From positions 1,476,697 through 1,540,696 of the forward strand of contig CAVONI010000011.1 in the NCBI GenBank assembly GCA_963697285.1: 64,000 nucleotides of DNA, read 5' to 3'. The first letter of the stretch is position 1; each line of letters opens with the position of its first letter. The position numbers and the translations under genes are program-made. The notes beneath the pieces were generated by a model that was not told the origin of the DNA, searched no databases, and saw only the letters and a list, made by a program, of their open reading frames with translations. Shown piece by piece: positions 1-9,915 of this stretch. The stretch comes from an uncultured Acidobacteriota bacterium. Its GTDB lineage: Bacteria > Acidobacteriota > Vicinamibacteria > Vicinamibacterales > JAFNAJ01.

Positions 1-1276
1 GTTCACCGGAGACGGACAGGCATGGCCCACGTGGACCTACAACCGACAGGTTCCCGGCCCCGACCTGCGCGTCAGAGAAGGAGAACGGCTTCGCGTCACC
101 CTCGAGAACGAGCTGCCCGAGCCCACCACCATCCACTGGCACGGCATCCCCCTGCCGAATCCCATGGACGGCGTCCCAGACGTGACGCAGCCGGCGGTGA
201 TGCCAGGCGAACGTTTCGTGTACGAGTTCCTGGCGACGACGCCCGGCACCTACTTCTATCACTCGCACGTCGGCCTGCAACTGGATCGTGGCCTCGTGGG
301 GGCGCTCGTCGTCGAACCGCGCACCGAGACGATCGCGGTGGACCGCGAGCAGACGCTCGTGCTCGACGACTGGCTGACGATCACGCCGGAAGACGCCATG
401 GCCGCCATGACCCCGTCGCCAGGCGGCGGCATGGGTATGGGCGGCGGCATGATGGGCGGGATGGCGAGCAGCGACCCGGCGTATGCCGGCTACCTGGCGA
501 ACGGCCGGATCACGGGCGGTGCGGCGCCCATCGTCGTGCAGGCCGGTGAGCGGCTCCGGCTGCGGATCGTCAACGCATCCGCGGCGACGACCTTCCGCGT
601 CGGGCTCACGGGCCACCGGCTGGTGGTCACCCACACCGACGGCCAGGAGGTGGAGCCGGTGACGGTCGACACGCTGATCATCGGGATGGGCGAGCGCTAC
701 GACGTCGTCATCGAGGCCACGAATCGCGGCGCATGGACGCTGATCGCTGGTCCGGCCGACAGCAGTGTGCCAGGCATCGTCGTGCCGGTCGTCTACGAAG
801 GCGAGCGGGCGACTGCTGCCCAGCCGTTCGTGTGGCCGACGGCGCTGCGCAACGGGCGCACGCTGCAGTACGGCGACCTCAAAGGGCGCGGCCTCGGCCT
901 GGACCCCTCCACGCGAGCACGCACCCTGCCCATGACGTTGAGCGGCCCGATGATGGGCGGCACCTCGTGGACCATCAACGGCGAACCGTACGCCTCCGCA
1001 TCACCCATCGCCATCCACGCCGGCGAGCGCATCCGGTTGCAGTTCCGCAACGCCAGCATGGTGCGACATCCCATGCACCTGCACGGACACTTCTTCGAAC
1101 TCGTCGATCCTGTGTCTGGGCGGCCGACCGGGTTGGTGAAGGACACCGTGCTCGTCGAGCCCATGGGCCAGGTCCACGTCGACTTCATGGCCGACAACCC
1201 TGGCCGATGGTTGATGCACTGTCACCACGCGTACCACATGGAAGCCGGGATGGCCCGGCTGATGGAGTACCGGTAG
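1..1276 (+). CDS. Multicopper oxidase (CopA/PcoA-like), 5' end cut by window edge
   Basis: The frame is open from base 2 (own translation ...TTIHWHGIPLPNPMDG, upstream of listed ORF 164..1276). Copper-site motifs HWHG, HSH, HPMHLHGH and HCHHAYHMEAGM are present. Confidence 0.9.
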   Translation, partial: FTGDGQAWPTWTYNRQVPGPDLRVREGERLRVTLENELPEPTTIHWHGIPLPNPMDGVPDVTQPAVMPGERFVYEFLATTPGTYFYHSHVGLQLDRGLVGALVVEPRTETIAVDREQTLVLDDWLTITPEDAMAAMTPSPGGGMGMGGGMMGGMASSDPAYAGYLANGRITGGAAPIVVQAGERLRLRIVNASAATTFRVGLTGHRLVVTHTDGQEVEPVTVDTLIIGMGERYDVVIEATNRGAWTLIAGPADSSVPGIVVPVVYEGERATAAQPFVWPTALRNGRTLQYGDLKGRGLGLDPSTRARTLPMTLSGPMMGGTSWTINGEPYASASPIAIHAGERIRLQFRNASMVRHPMHLHGHFFELVDPVSGRPTGLVKDTVLVEPMGQVHVDFMADNPGRWLMHCHHAYHMEAGMARLMEYR

Positions 1277-1337
1277 GCGCGCCGTCGCCAGAGCGAGGGC
1301 GTCGCAGCGCCCCCGGTCACGGGACACGCCTCCCAGG

Positions 1338-1931
1338 CTACTTCGGGGTCCCGGTTCCACCCATCTTGTGTGGCATCGTTCCTGACTGCATCATCGACAT
1401 GCCTTCGCACTGGGTGATGATCGCCGTCACGTGCGTCGTGATCGACTTCGCGTCCGGCGCGGCGGCCTGCACGTCCTTCTCGAGCGCGGTGAGGTGCTCC
1501 TGGATGGCCGCGTGATGTGCGTCCATCTGCTTCATCATGCCGGCCATCGACGATTTCATCTTCTCGTCCATGGTCTTCATGTGATCCAGATGGTGTACCT
1601 GCATCTGCGCGAAGCTCCGCGTCATTTCTTCCACAGCCGCGCGTGCAAACACCGTGTCGACGGTGGTCGCCTCAGCCGTGCCGTCGCGCAGGGTCTTCGC
1701 GAACGACAGCAGGCTGTCCTTGTACGCCGTCGCCAGCAGGTGGTGCGGCTCCGCTTTCATCGCCGCCATCTCCATCGTCGCGAGCGGATGCGGTTCCATC
1801 GTGGATGGCAGTTGCTGGGTGGTCGGGGGCGTTGGCTTCCCAGCCGGCTGGCCGATGGCCGCGGCTGGGCTGGTGAGCAGGGCGATCGCGCCAATGGCTG
1901 GCAGCGTGACGAACCTCAACAGTCGCTTCAT
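1338..1931 (-). CDS. Met/His-rich periplasmic protein, putative copper-binding
   Basis: Internal ATG of ORF 1338..2096 gives MKRLLRFVTLPAIGAIALLTSPAAA (Sec signal). The mature part is full of M/H clusters (MEMAAMKAEPHH, MQVHHLDHMKTMDEKMKSSMAGMMKQMDAHH, GMSMMQSGTMPHKM). It sits next to the multicopper oxidase. Confidence 0.6.
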   Translation of the reverse strand: MKRLLRFVTLPAIGAIALLTSPAAAIGQPAGKPTPPTTQQLPSTMEPHPLATMEMAAMKAEPHHLLATAYKDSLLSFAKTLRDGTAEATTVDTVFARAAVEEMTRSFAQMQVHHLDHMKTMDEKMKSSMAGMMKQMDAHHAAIQEHLTALEKDVQAAAPDAKSITTHVTAIITQCEGMSMMQSGTMPHKMGGTGTPK

Positions 1932-2210
1932 GGTGTGTCCTCGCTTGCGAGTGTGACCGACGGTGGGGCAGGAACGCCTACCGTGACAGCAACAGCGACG
2001 GCGATCTGTCCCGTTCTGCACACCTCGTTGCCGTCTCGAGGTTGGATTGCTGCTGCCTCCGCCCTCGTCGACCAGGACTGTGGCCCCACGCAGCACGTCG
2101 CATGGGTGGTGCGCTCACGATATCGGTTCCCACGATCGACACACAGACCGCACAACGAGGCTTGCCAAAATTGACCTCCGGTTCATGTTGGCCCTACACT
2201 CCTCGGCACC

Positions 2211-2582
2211 GTGAAGCGTTCTGCCGCTGTGTTCGTGTGCCTCGCGCTGCTCCTGGCGCTGCCCCAGATGTCCTGGCGGCACGTCCACGCGCACGGGCAC
2301 GACGATCATCATGCGCAAGGCGGCGCGGTGTTTCACGCGCATGTCGCGCCGGTGGACGGCGAACTCGCCTGGCGCGCCCATGGCCCAGACGAGGACGCGC
2401 GGACTCTCGCCACCCCGCTCGCCACGTCGCGGGTAGTCGAAGCTGACATTGCTGCCTCGCTGATCGCGTCGGTCGTGCTGCACGCCCCGCCGGCCCAGCC
2501 CATCCAGCCGCCTGAGGCTGTCTCGCGCGGACACGATCCACCTCCCGCCTCTCGATCCGGCCCGCGGGCTCCACCCGCCTAG
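2211..2582 (+). CDS. Small secreted His-rich protein (hypothetical)
   Basis: GTG start, signal-like N-terminus MKRSAAVFVCLALLLALP, then HVHAHGHDDHHA...FHAH. It lies directly upstream of the RND operon. No family recognised. Confidence 0.45.
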   Translation: MKRSAAVFVCLALLLALPQMSWRHVHAHGHDDHHAQGGAVFHAHVAPVDGELAWRAHGPDEDARTLATPLATSRVVEADIAASLIASVVLHAPPAQPIQPPEAVSRGHDPPPASRSGPRAPPA

Positions 2583-2653
2583 CCTCACGCCATCGCTCGT
2601 CCTGAGCGCCACGTGCGTCGTTCGTTCAATCTCACACCTGTTCGGAGTTTTCC

Positions 2654-3893
2654 ATGCGCGACCTGTCGCGGTGGGTGACGGTCTCTGCCGCCTGCCTCGT
2701 GCCGATCGCATGGGCCGCGTCGGCTCATGCCCAAGCCCTTTCCGAATCTGAAGCGGTAGCCCGCGCGCTGGCGACGTCTCCGCGTCTCGTCGCAGTGCGC
2801 GCCCGCCCGGCCCAGGTGGAGGCCGACGAGCGTGCGCGTCGTGCCGTCGCCAACCCCGCGATCCGCGTGCAGCAGGAGAGCGCCGCGGGTGTTCGCGACC
2901 GGTTCGTGCTCGTCGAGCAGGAACTGCCCCTCGACGGACGACGAGGCCTGCTCGAGCAGGCCGCCGTGCAGCCGTCGGCACGGCCGACGCCCAGGTGCGC
3001 GTCGACGAACACCTCGTCAGGCGGGAGACCCGCGTGGCCTACACGCAGTTGCTGGCCGCCGAGGCGTGCGAACGGGTCCTGCGCACCGGCCTTGACGACG
3101 CTCGAGGCGTTGACCGGGCGGCTGCGGGCGCGGGAGCAGGCGGGCGACGGCTCGGCGTTCGATCGCCTCCGCACTGAACGCGAGCTCGCCGACTTCATGG
3201 CTGACCGGCGCGCTGCCGCCACCGCGATCGCTGTTGCGCGCACGCGGTTGGCCAGTGCCATCGGCGAACCCGACGCTGGCGCCGCGCTCTCGGCCAGCGA
3301 CGACATCTCGATGGCCGCACTCCCACAGCCGCTCGCCACGGCGCTCGCTGCCGCGCATGCACGCCGCCCCGCACTGAGCGCCGCGGAGTCTGACATCGAG
3401 CGACTGACGTTCGAGCGTCGGGCGGCTGCGCGGCTGTCGTGGGTGCAGCCCGTCGTGTCTGGCGGCTGGAAGCAGACCGACGAGAACGGGCGCGCCGACA
3501 GCGGCTACGCGTTCTCGCTCGGCGTCGCTGTGCCGCTGTTCCGCCGAGGCGCCGCCGGAAACGGCATCGATCGAGAACGCGCTGCTCGGCGCCGCGGCCA
3601 CGCGAGACGCAGTCATCCGCGAGATCGAGACCGAGGTCCGCGTCGCACACGCGCAGGCCGTTGACGGCCGCACGCGCGCCACCGCCTATGACGAGGAAGC
3701 GCTGGCACGCAGCCGCGACCTCGTGCGCATCGCGACGCTGGCGTACGACGAGGGCGAGATCGGCATCCTCGAACTGCTCGATGCGCACCGCACCCTGCTC
3801 GGCGCCGAGTTGCGCACGCTCGACCTCCACGTCGAGGCCCGCCTGGCGGCCATTGCCCTTGACTACTCGACTGCCGAAGAGGTGATTCGATGA
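2654..3893 (+). pseudogene. Outer-membrane efflux factor (CusC/CzcC, TolC family), frameshifted
   Basis: Signal peptide plus OMF-like blocks spread over at least 3 frames (ORF 2654..3664, ORF 2995..3177, and an unlisted frame ending ...LLDAHRTLLGAELRTLDLHVEARLAAIALDYSTAEEVIR*). The stop overlaps the next ATG (ATGA at 3890-3893). Confidence 0.75.
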
Positions 3894-5430
3894 CTCGACG
3901 CGTGATGTGGATCTCTTGCCCTGGTGCTGGCGACGGCGTGCAATGGCGCCGGGACTCCGGGGCCCTCGCCCACCGACGCCGCGGAACTGCCGACGCAGGC
4001 CGTGACGCGGTGGAGCGAGCGCACGGAGTTGTTCGCGGAGCATCCCCCGCTCATCGTCGGCCAGCCGGCGCGCTTCGCGATTCACTTCACCGACCTGCGC
4101 ACGTTCAAGCCGCTGACCGCGGGCCGGTCGATCGTGCGGCTGACCGGCCCGCGCACCGAGGCGTTCTCGACCGATGGCCCCTCGCGCCCCGGCATCTTCG
4201 GCGTGACGGTGACCCCAACGGCCCCCGGCCGGTACGTGATGCGCATCGAGGTGGCCGGCGACGTCACCGACGGCCACGATGTCGGTGACGGTACGAGGTC
4301 TTCGCCACGGAAGCCGCGATGCGCGCGCCGGGACGCCGGCCGACGAGGAGGATGGCGGCATCTCGTTCCTGAAGGAGCAGCAGTGGACGCTCGACTTCGG
4401 GACGGCCATCGCCGGAGCGGCGGCAGCATGCGCGCCGGCGCTCGAGCGTCGCAGGCAACGTGCGCCCGCGCAGCGGCGGTGAGGCGGTCATCGCCGCCCC
4501 CATCACCGGACGCGTCGTTGCGCATGGCCAGCGCCGCCACGGTTGGCGCGCAGGTCGCCGCCGGCACGGTACTGGCGGAGCTGCTCCCGCAGAGCGCGCA
4601 GGCAAGCGATCGTCCGAGCCTCGACGTCGAACTCACCGAGGCGCGGGCGCGCCTCGGCCTCGCGCAGGCCGAGAAGGCCCGCGTCGAACGCCTGGTGGCG
4701 TCTGGCGCGGTGCCTGGCCGCCGCCTCCAGGAAGCGATGGTCGCGGAGTCGACCGCGCAGGCACGCGTGACGGCGGCGGAAGCGCGGCTCGGACAGTTGG
4801 ACATGATGCGCACCGGCCGTGGCGAAGGGAGCGCCGACAGCCGCTTCCAGGTGCGCGCTCCGATCGCGGGCGTCATCACCGAGGTTTCGGCCACGAACGG
4901 CAGCGCCGTCGAGCAGGGCGTCCCGTTGTTCCGCATCGTCGCCCTCGACGCGGTGCATGTGGTCGCGCACGTCCCGGAGTCGGAGGTGCCGCGCCTGGCG
5001 GCCAGCGTCGATGCCACGGCGCGCGTGCCGGGCAGCGACGCCGACATCGTGCTGGGCAAGCCCATCTCGCGCGGACGCCTGCTCGATCCGGCATCGCGCA
5101 CGCTGCCGCTCGTCTTCCGCCTCGTGCGACCGGCCGCCGCAGATCGCCATCGGCCAACGCGTCACGGTGCGCCTGCTGACAGGCGCGCGCGAGCAGACGC
5201 GTGCCGTCCCGGTCTCCGCGCTCGTGGACGATGGCGGACGGCAGGTGGTGTTCGTCCAGGCATCGGGCGAGTCGTTCGAGCGACGGCCCGTGACACCTGG
5301 CCCGCGCGACGCGGGGTTCGTGGCCGTCGACGGCGTCAGCGCAGGCGATCGCGTGGTCGTGCGCGGCGCGCCGCTCGTGCGTCTCGCCTCGCTGTCTACC
5401 CAGGTGCCCGCGCACGGGCACGTGCACTGA
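3890..5430 (+). pseudogene. RND periplasmic adaptor (CusB/CzcB, HlyD family), frameshifted
   Basis: Blocks lie in alternating frames: MTRRVMW / LVLATACNG...RYVMRIEVAGDV / GISFLKEQQWTLDFGTA / VRPRSGGEAVIAAPITGRVV / TVGAQVAAGTVLAELLP...RTLPLVFRLV / QIAIGQRVTVRLLTG...VVVRGAPLV. ORFs 3890, 3924, 4279, 4460 and 4819 each carry part of it. Confidence 0.75.
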
Positions 5431-5440
5431 GGACGCGACC

Positions 5441-8400
5441 ATGATCGACGTACTGCATCCCGTGGTCGCCTGCGAATTCGCTGGTCGTTGCGCAATCGCG
5501 CCCTCGTCGTGGCGCTCTCGGCGGGATTCCTGCTGTGGGGCGGCTACGTCACGGCGCGCATGCCGATCGACGTGCTGCCCGATCTCACCGCGCCGACGGT
5601 CACCGTGCTCGCCGAAGCGCGCGGCATGGCGCCGACGGACCTCGAGACGCTCGTCACCTTCCCGATCGAGGCCGCGCTCAACGGCGCCGGCGGCGTGCGC
5701 CGCGTGCGGTCTGCCACCGCCGTGGGCGTCGCCGTGATCTGGGTGGAGTTCGACTGGGGCGAGGACATCCACCGCGCCCGCCAGACCGTCACCGAGAAGC
5801 TCGCGACGGTGGCCGACACCCTGCCGGAGGGCGTCGAGCGTCCGGTCCTCGCGCCCGGTGTCGTCGATCATGGGCGAGATCCTGTTCCTCGCGCTCGAAT
5901 CGGAGCGGCACGATCCGATTCGAGCTGCGCACGACGGCCGAGACGGTGATCCGGCGCCGCCTGCTCGCCGTCCCCGGCGTCTCGCAGGTCATCGTCGACC
6001 GGCGGCGGCCAGAAGCAGTACCAGGTGCTCGCCGATCCCGCGGCGCTCGCGCACCACGGCGTCGACGCTCGACGCCGTCGAGCACGCGCGTCGCCGGCAG
6101 CAATCGCAACACGAGCGCCGGGTTCCGCGTGGCCGGCGGACAGGAGTACCTCGTGCAGGGCGTCGGCCGGCTCGCGACCATCGACGACATCGCGCAGACG
6201 GTCGTCGCGGTGCGACGAGGGGCGGCCGGTGCTCGTCCGCGACGTCGCGCGCGTCCGCATCGGCGAGGCGATCAAGCGCGGCGAAGGCTCGCACAACGCG
6301 ACGCCCGCGGTCATCATCGGCGTCCAGAAGCAGCCGGGCGCAGAACACGCTCGAGCTGACGCGTGCGCTCGACGCGGCACTCGACGACATCCAGGCCGGC
6401 CTGCCGGCCGGCATGACGATCGACAAGACGCATCTTCCGCCAGGCCGACTTCATCGAGGTCTCGATCGCGCAACCTCGTCGCGGCCCTGCGCGACGGCGG
6501 CGTGCTCGTCGTCGTCACGGTGCTGCTGTTCCTGGCGAACGTGCGCGCGGGCGTCATCACGCTCATGGCGATCCCGCTGTCGCTCGTCGCGTCGATCTTC
6601 GGCCTGAAGCTCGTCGGGGCCACCATCAACACCATGACGCTCGGCGGCATGGCGATCGCGGTCGGCGCGCTCGTCGACGACGCGATCATCGACGTCGAGA
6701 ACGTGTTCCGGCGGCTGCGCGAGAACGCCGCGCCTGCCAGAGGCCGACCGTCGCCCGGCCACTCGAGGTCGTGTACCGCGCAAGCGTCGAGATCCGCAGC
6801 TCGATCGTCTTCGCGACGCTGGTCATCCTGATCGTGTTCGCGCCGCTGTTCTTCCTCGGCGGGGTCGAAGGCCGGCTGCTGCAGCCGCTGGGCCTGGCCT
6901 ACGTGATCGCGCTGTCGGCGTCGCTCGTCGTCGCCCTGACCGTGACGCCCGGTGCTGTGCTCGTGGCTGCTGCCGCGGTCGCGAGGCGTGCTGGCCGGGC
7001 CACGAACCGCGGGTCGTCACGCCTGCTGAAGCGAGCTGTACCGGCCGATCCTCGAGTGGACGCTGCACCACGCGCGGTTCGTCCTCGCCGGCGGCGGCCG
7101 TGCTGCTGGTCGCGACGATCGTGGCGTTCTTCTCGCTGGGGCGCTCGTTCCTGCCGGAGTTCAACGAGGGCACGCTCACGGTGAGCGCCGTGACGCTGCC
7201 CGGGCACCAGCCTCGACGACAGCGAACCGACTCGGCGCCGCGCTCGAGCGGCAGTTGCTGTCGGTGCCCGAGGTGGTCAGCACGGCCCGTCGCACCGGGC
7301 GCGCCGAACTCGACGAGCACGTCCAGGGCGTCGAGTCGGCCGAACTCGACGTGCAGCTGCAGATGAGCGACCGGCCGAAGGACGTCGTGCTCGACGAGAT
7401 CCGCGCAGAAGGTCGACGCTGCTCCCCGGCATGAACGTGACCGTCGGGCAGCCGATCTCGCACCGCATCGACCACATGCTGTCGGGCACGCGCGCCAACA
7501 TCGCCGATGAAGGTGTTCGGCGACGACCTGCAGACCCTGCGCGCGCTGGCGAAGCAGGTGCGAGGCCGCTGCCGCGACGTGCCCGGGCGTCGTCGACCTC
7601 TCGGTCGAGCAGCAGACCGACATCCCGACGGTGACGCGTGAAGTTCGACCGCGGCGCGCTGGCGTCGTTCGGCCTGCCGGCGGGCGACGCCGCGACCGGC
7701 GCTCGAATCGGCGATGGTCGGCCGCGAGGTCAGCCAGGTGATCGAGGCCGGGCGTCGCGGTTCCGATCGTGGTGCGGTACCCGCCGACCGACCTCAGCGA
7801 TCTCGACACGATCGCGCGCACGACGGTCGACACCCCGGTCGGCGTGCGGGCACCGCTCGGCGCGCGTGGCGCACATCGCCGAGGACCGCAGCCCGAACTT
7901 CGTCAGCCGCGAGAACGTGCAGCGCAAGATCGTCGTGCAGTGCAACGTCGCGGGCCGCGACCTGCGCGGCGTCGTCAGCGACATCGAGGCGCGTGTCGCG
8001 CAGGCGGTCACGTTCCCGAGCGGCTATCACATCGAGTACGGCGGGCAGTTCGAGAGCGCGGCCGACGCGTCGCGCCTGCTGTTCTGGCTCGGGCTCGCCG
8101 CCATCGTCGGGATCCTCGTGATCCTGGCGATCGGCGTTCCGCTCGCTCACCGATGCGACCATCATCATGGTGAACCTGCCGCTGGCGCTGGCCGGCGGCG
8201 TGGTCGGCGTGTGGATGTCGGGCGGCGTGCTGTCGGTGGCGTCGATGATCGGCTTCATCGCGCTGTTCGGGATCGCCACGCGCAACGGGATCATGCTGGT
8301 CTCGCACATCACGCACCTGCGCGACGAGGAAGGCGTCAGCGATCACCGCGAGGCGATCGTGCGCGGCGCGATGGAGCGGCTCGCCCCGATCCTCATGACC

Positions 8401-8580
8401 GCGCAGGCGACGGGACTCGCGCTCGTACCGGTCGCGCTGGGCATGGGGGAACCCGGCAGCGAGATCCAGGCGCCGATGGCGTTGGTGATCCTCGCCGGAC
8501 TCCTCTCGGCGACCGCGCTGAACATGCTCGTGGTGCCGGCGGCGTACTGGGTGTTCGGGAGGCGACAAGTGGTCGCGTAG
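5441..8580 (+). pseudogene. Heavy-metal RND pump (CusA/CzcA family), heavily frameshifted
   Basis: RND blocks occur in at least 20 alternating frame segments (ORFs 5441, 5488, 5858, 5535, 6025, 6771, 7100, 7431, 7638, 7714, 7769, 8167). The TM4 signature [21 protein letters not shown] resembles CusA-type HME pumps. The C-terminal block MVNLPLALAGG...VVPAAYWVF ends at 8580. Confidence 0.85.
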
Positions 8581-8637
8581 ACACGCCCAGGGGATCCTGG
8601 CGCGAGGCAACGGTGAGGCTGAGCACGTAGAGGCGAC

Positions 8638-9687
8638 ATGCGGCGCGAACGACCATCGACGGCGATCGGATACGCGCTGGCTGCGGCCGCGCTCTTCGGC
8701 GTGAGCACGCCGCTGGCCAAACAGCTCCTGGACGGCGTGGCGCCGGTCGCGCTCGCCGGCCTGCTCTACGCCGGTTCGTGGGCGGGGCTGTCGCTCTGGC
8801 TGTGGCTGCGGCCGTCGCGGCCAGGCGGCCCGCTCGTCGAGCCGGGCGGATGGCCCTGGCTCGCGTCCGCGATCCTGTGCGGAGGGGTCGTGGCGCCCGT
8901 GTGCCTGATGCTCGGCCTCGCGCGCACGCCCGCGACGACCGCCTCACTCCTGCTGAACCTCGAGGGCGTGTTCACGACCGCCCTGGCGTGGTTCCTGTTT
9001 CGCGAGCACTTCGATCGGCGCATCGCGTTCGGCATGGCCCTGATCCTCGGCGGCAGCGTGCTGCTGTCGTGGACCGGCGGGACGTTGACGCTGCCAGTGG
9101 GCAGCCTGCTGATCGCGCTGGCGTGCGCGGCCTGGGGCCTCGACAACAACCTGACGCAGAAGGTCTCGCACGCCGATGCGGTGCGACTGGCGGCGCTCAA
9201 GGGGCTGGTGTCAGCCATCGTCAACCTCTCGCTGGCCGCGTGGCTCGGGCAGCACTGGCCCGACGCACCGGTCGTGGCCGGCGCGCTCATCGTCGGGTTC
9301 GCCGGGTATGGCCTGAGCCTGGCGCTGTTCGTCGTGGCCTTGCGGCACCTGGGCACCGCGCGAACGGGCGCGTACTTCTCGACCGCACCCTTCATCGGCG
9401 CGCTCGTGTCGGTGACCTGGCTGGGTGAAGCGATGTCGGGACTGCTGCTCCCCGCCACGGCCCTGATGGCCTGCGGCGTGTACCTGCACCTCACCGAGCG
9501 CCACGTACATGCCCACCATCACGACGCGATGGCCCACAGTCATCGCCACACGCACGATGTACACCACCGGCACACGCATCCGCCGGGCACCGACGAGCGC
9601 GAGCCCCACGCGCACTGGCACGAACACGAGCCACTGACGCACGCGCACACGCACTATCCCGACGTGCACCATCGGCACGATCACTGA
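8638..9687 (+). CDS. EamA/DMT-family permease with C-terminal His-rich tail
   Basis: About 10 predicted TM helices in two EamA-like halves. The last ~65 aa are HLTERHVHAHHHDAMAHSHRHTHDVHHRHTHPP...HAHWHEHEPLTHAHTHYPDVHHRHDH. Confidence 0.8.
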   Translation: MRRERPSTAIGYALAAAALFGVSTPLAKQLLDGVAPVALAGLLYAGSWAGLSLWLWLRPSRPGGPLVEPGGWPWLASAILCGGVVAPVCLMLGLARTPATTASLLLNLEGVFTTALAWFLFREHFDRRIAFGMALILGGSVLLSWTGGTLTLPVGSLLIALACAAWGLDNNLTQKVSHADAVRLAALKGLVSAIVNLSLAAWLGQHWPDAPVVAGALIVGFAGYGLSLALFVVALRHLGTARTGAYFSTAPFIGALVSVTWLGEAMSGLLLPATALMACGVYLHLTERHVHAHHHDAMAHSHRHTHDVHHRHTHPPGTDEREPHAHWHEHEPLTHAHTHYPDVHHRHDH

Positions 9688-9915
9688 CGTCGCGCGCGGG
9701 GCACGGGCGACGCACCAGTGATCCCACGCAGCCGTGTCGCCTCGAGGCGTGCAGTGGGCGACCCGCCTGGCACCAGCAGTGCGAGTCTCGTTGCCGTTCC
9801 GGCTGGCAGATAGTAGATTCCTCGTGGTGCCGGGCGGCGGGCGCAATCGGGCGCCGCCGCGACCATCCACGGGTTTCGCCACGCCTGCCCCAGCGGCGGT
9901 CACGGATCCACGCGC

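Noticed and set aside
2654-8580. Programmed ribosomal frameshifting as the explanation for the split cus/czc genes
   Set aside because: There are dozens of frame changes in both directions, with no recurring slippery heptamer or downstream structure. Programmed events are single and conserved, so this pattern fits indel damage or sequence error.
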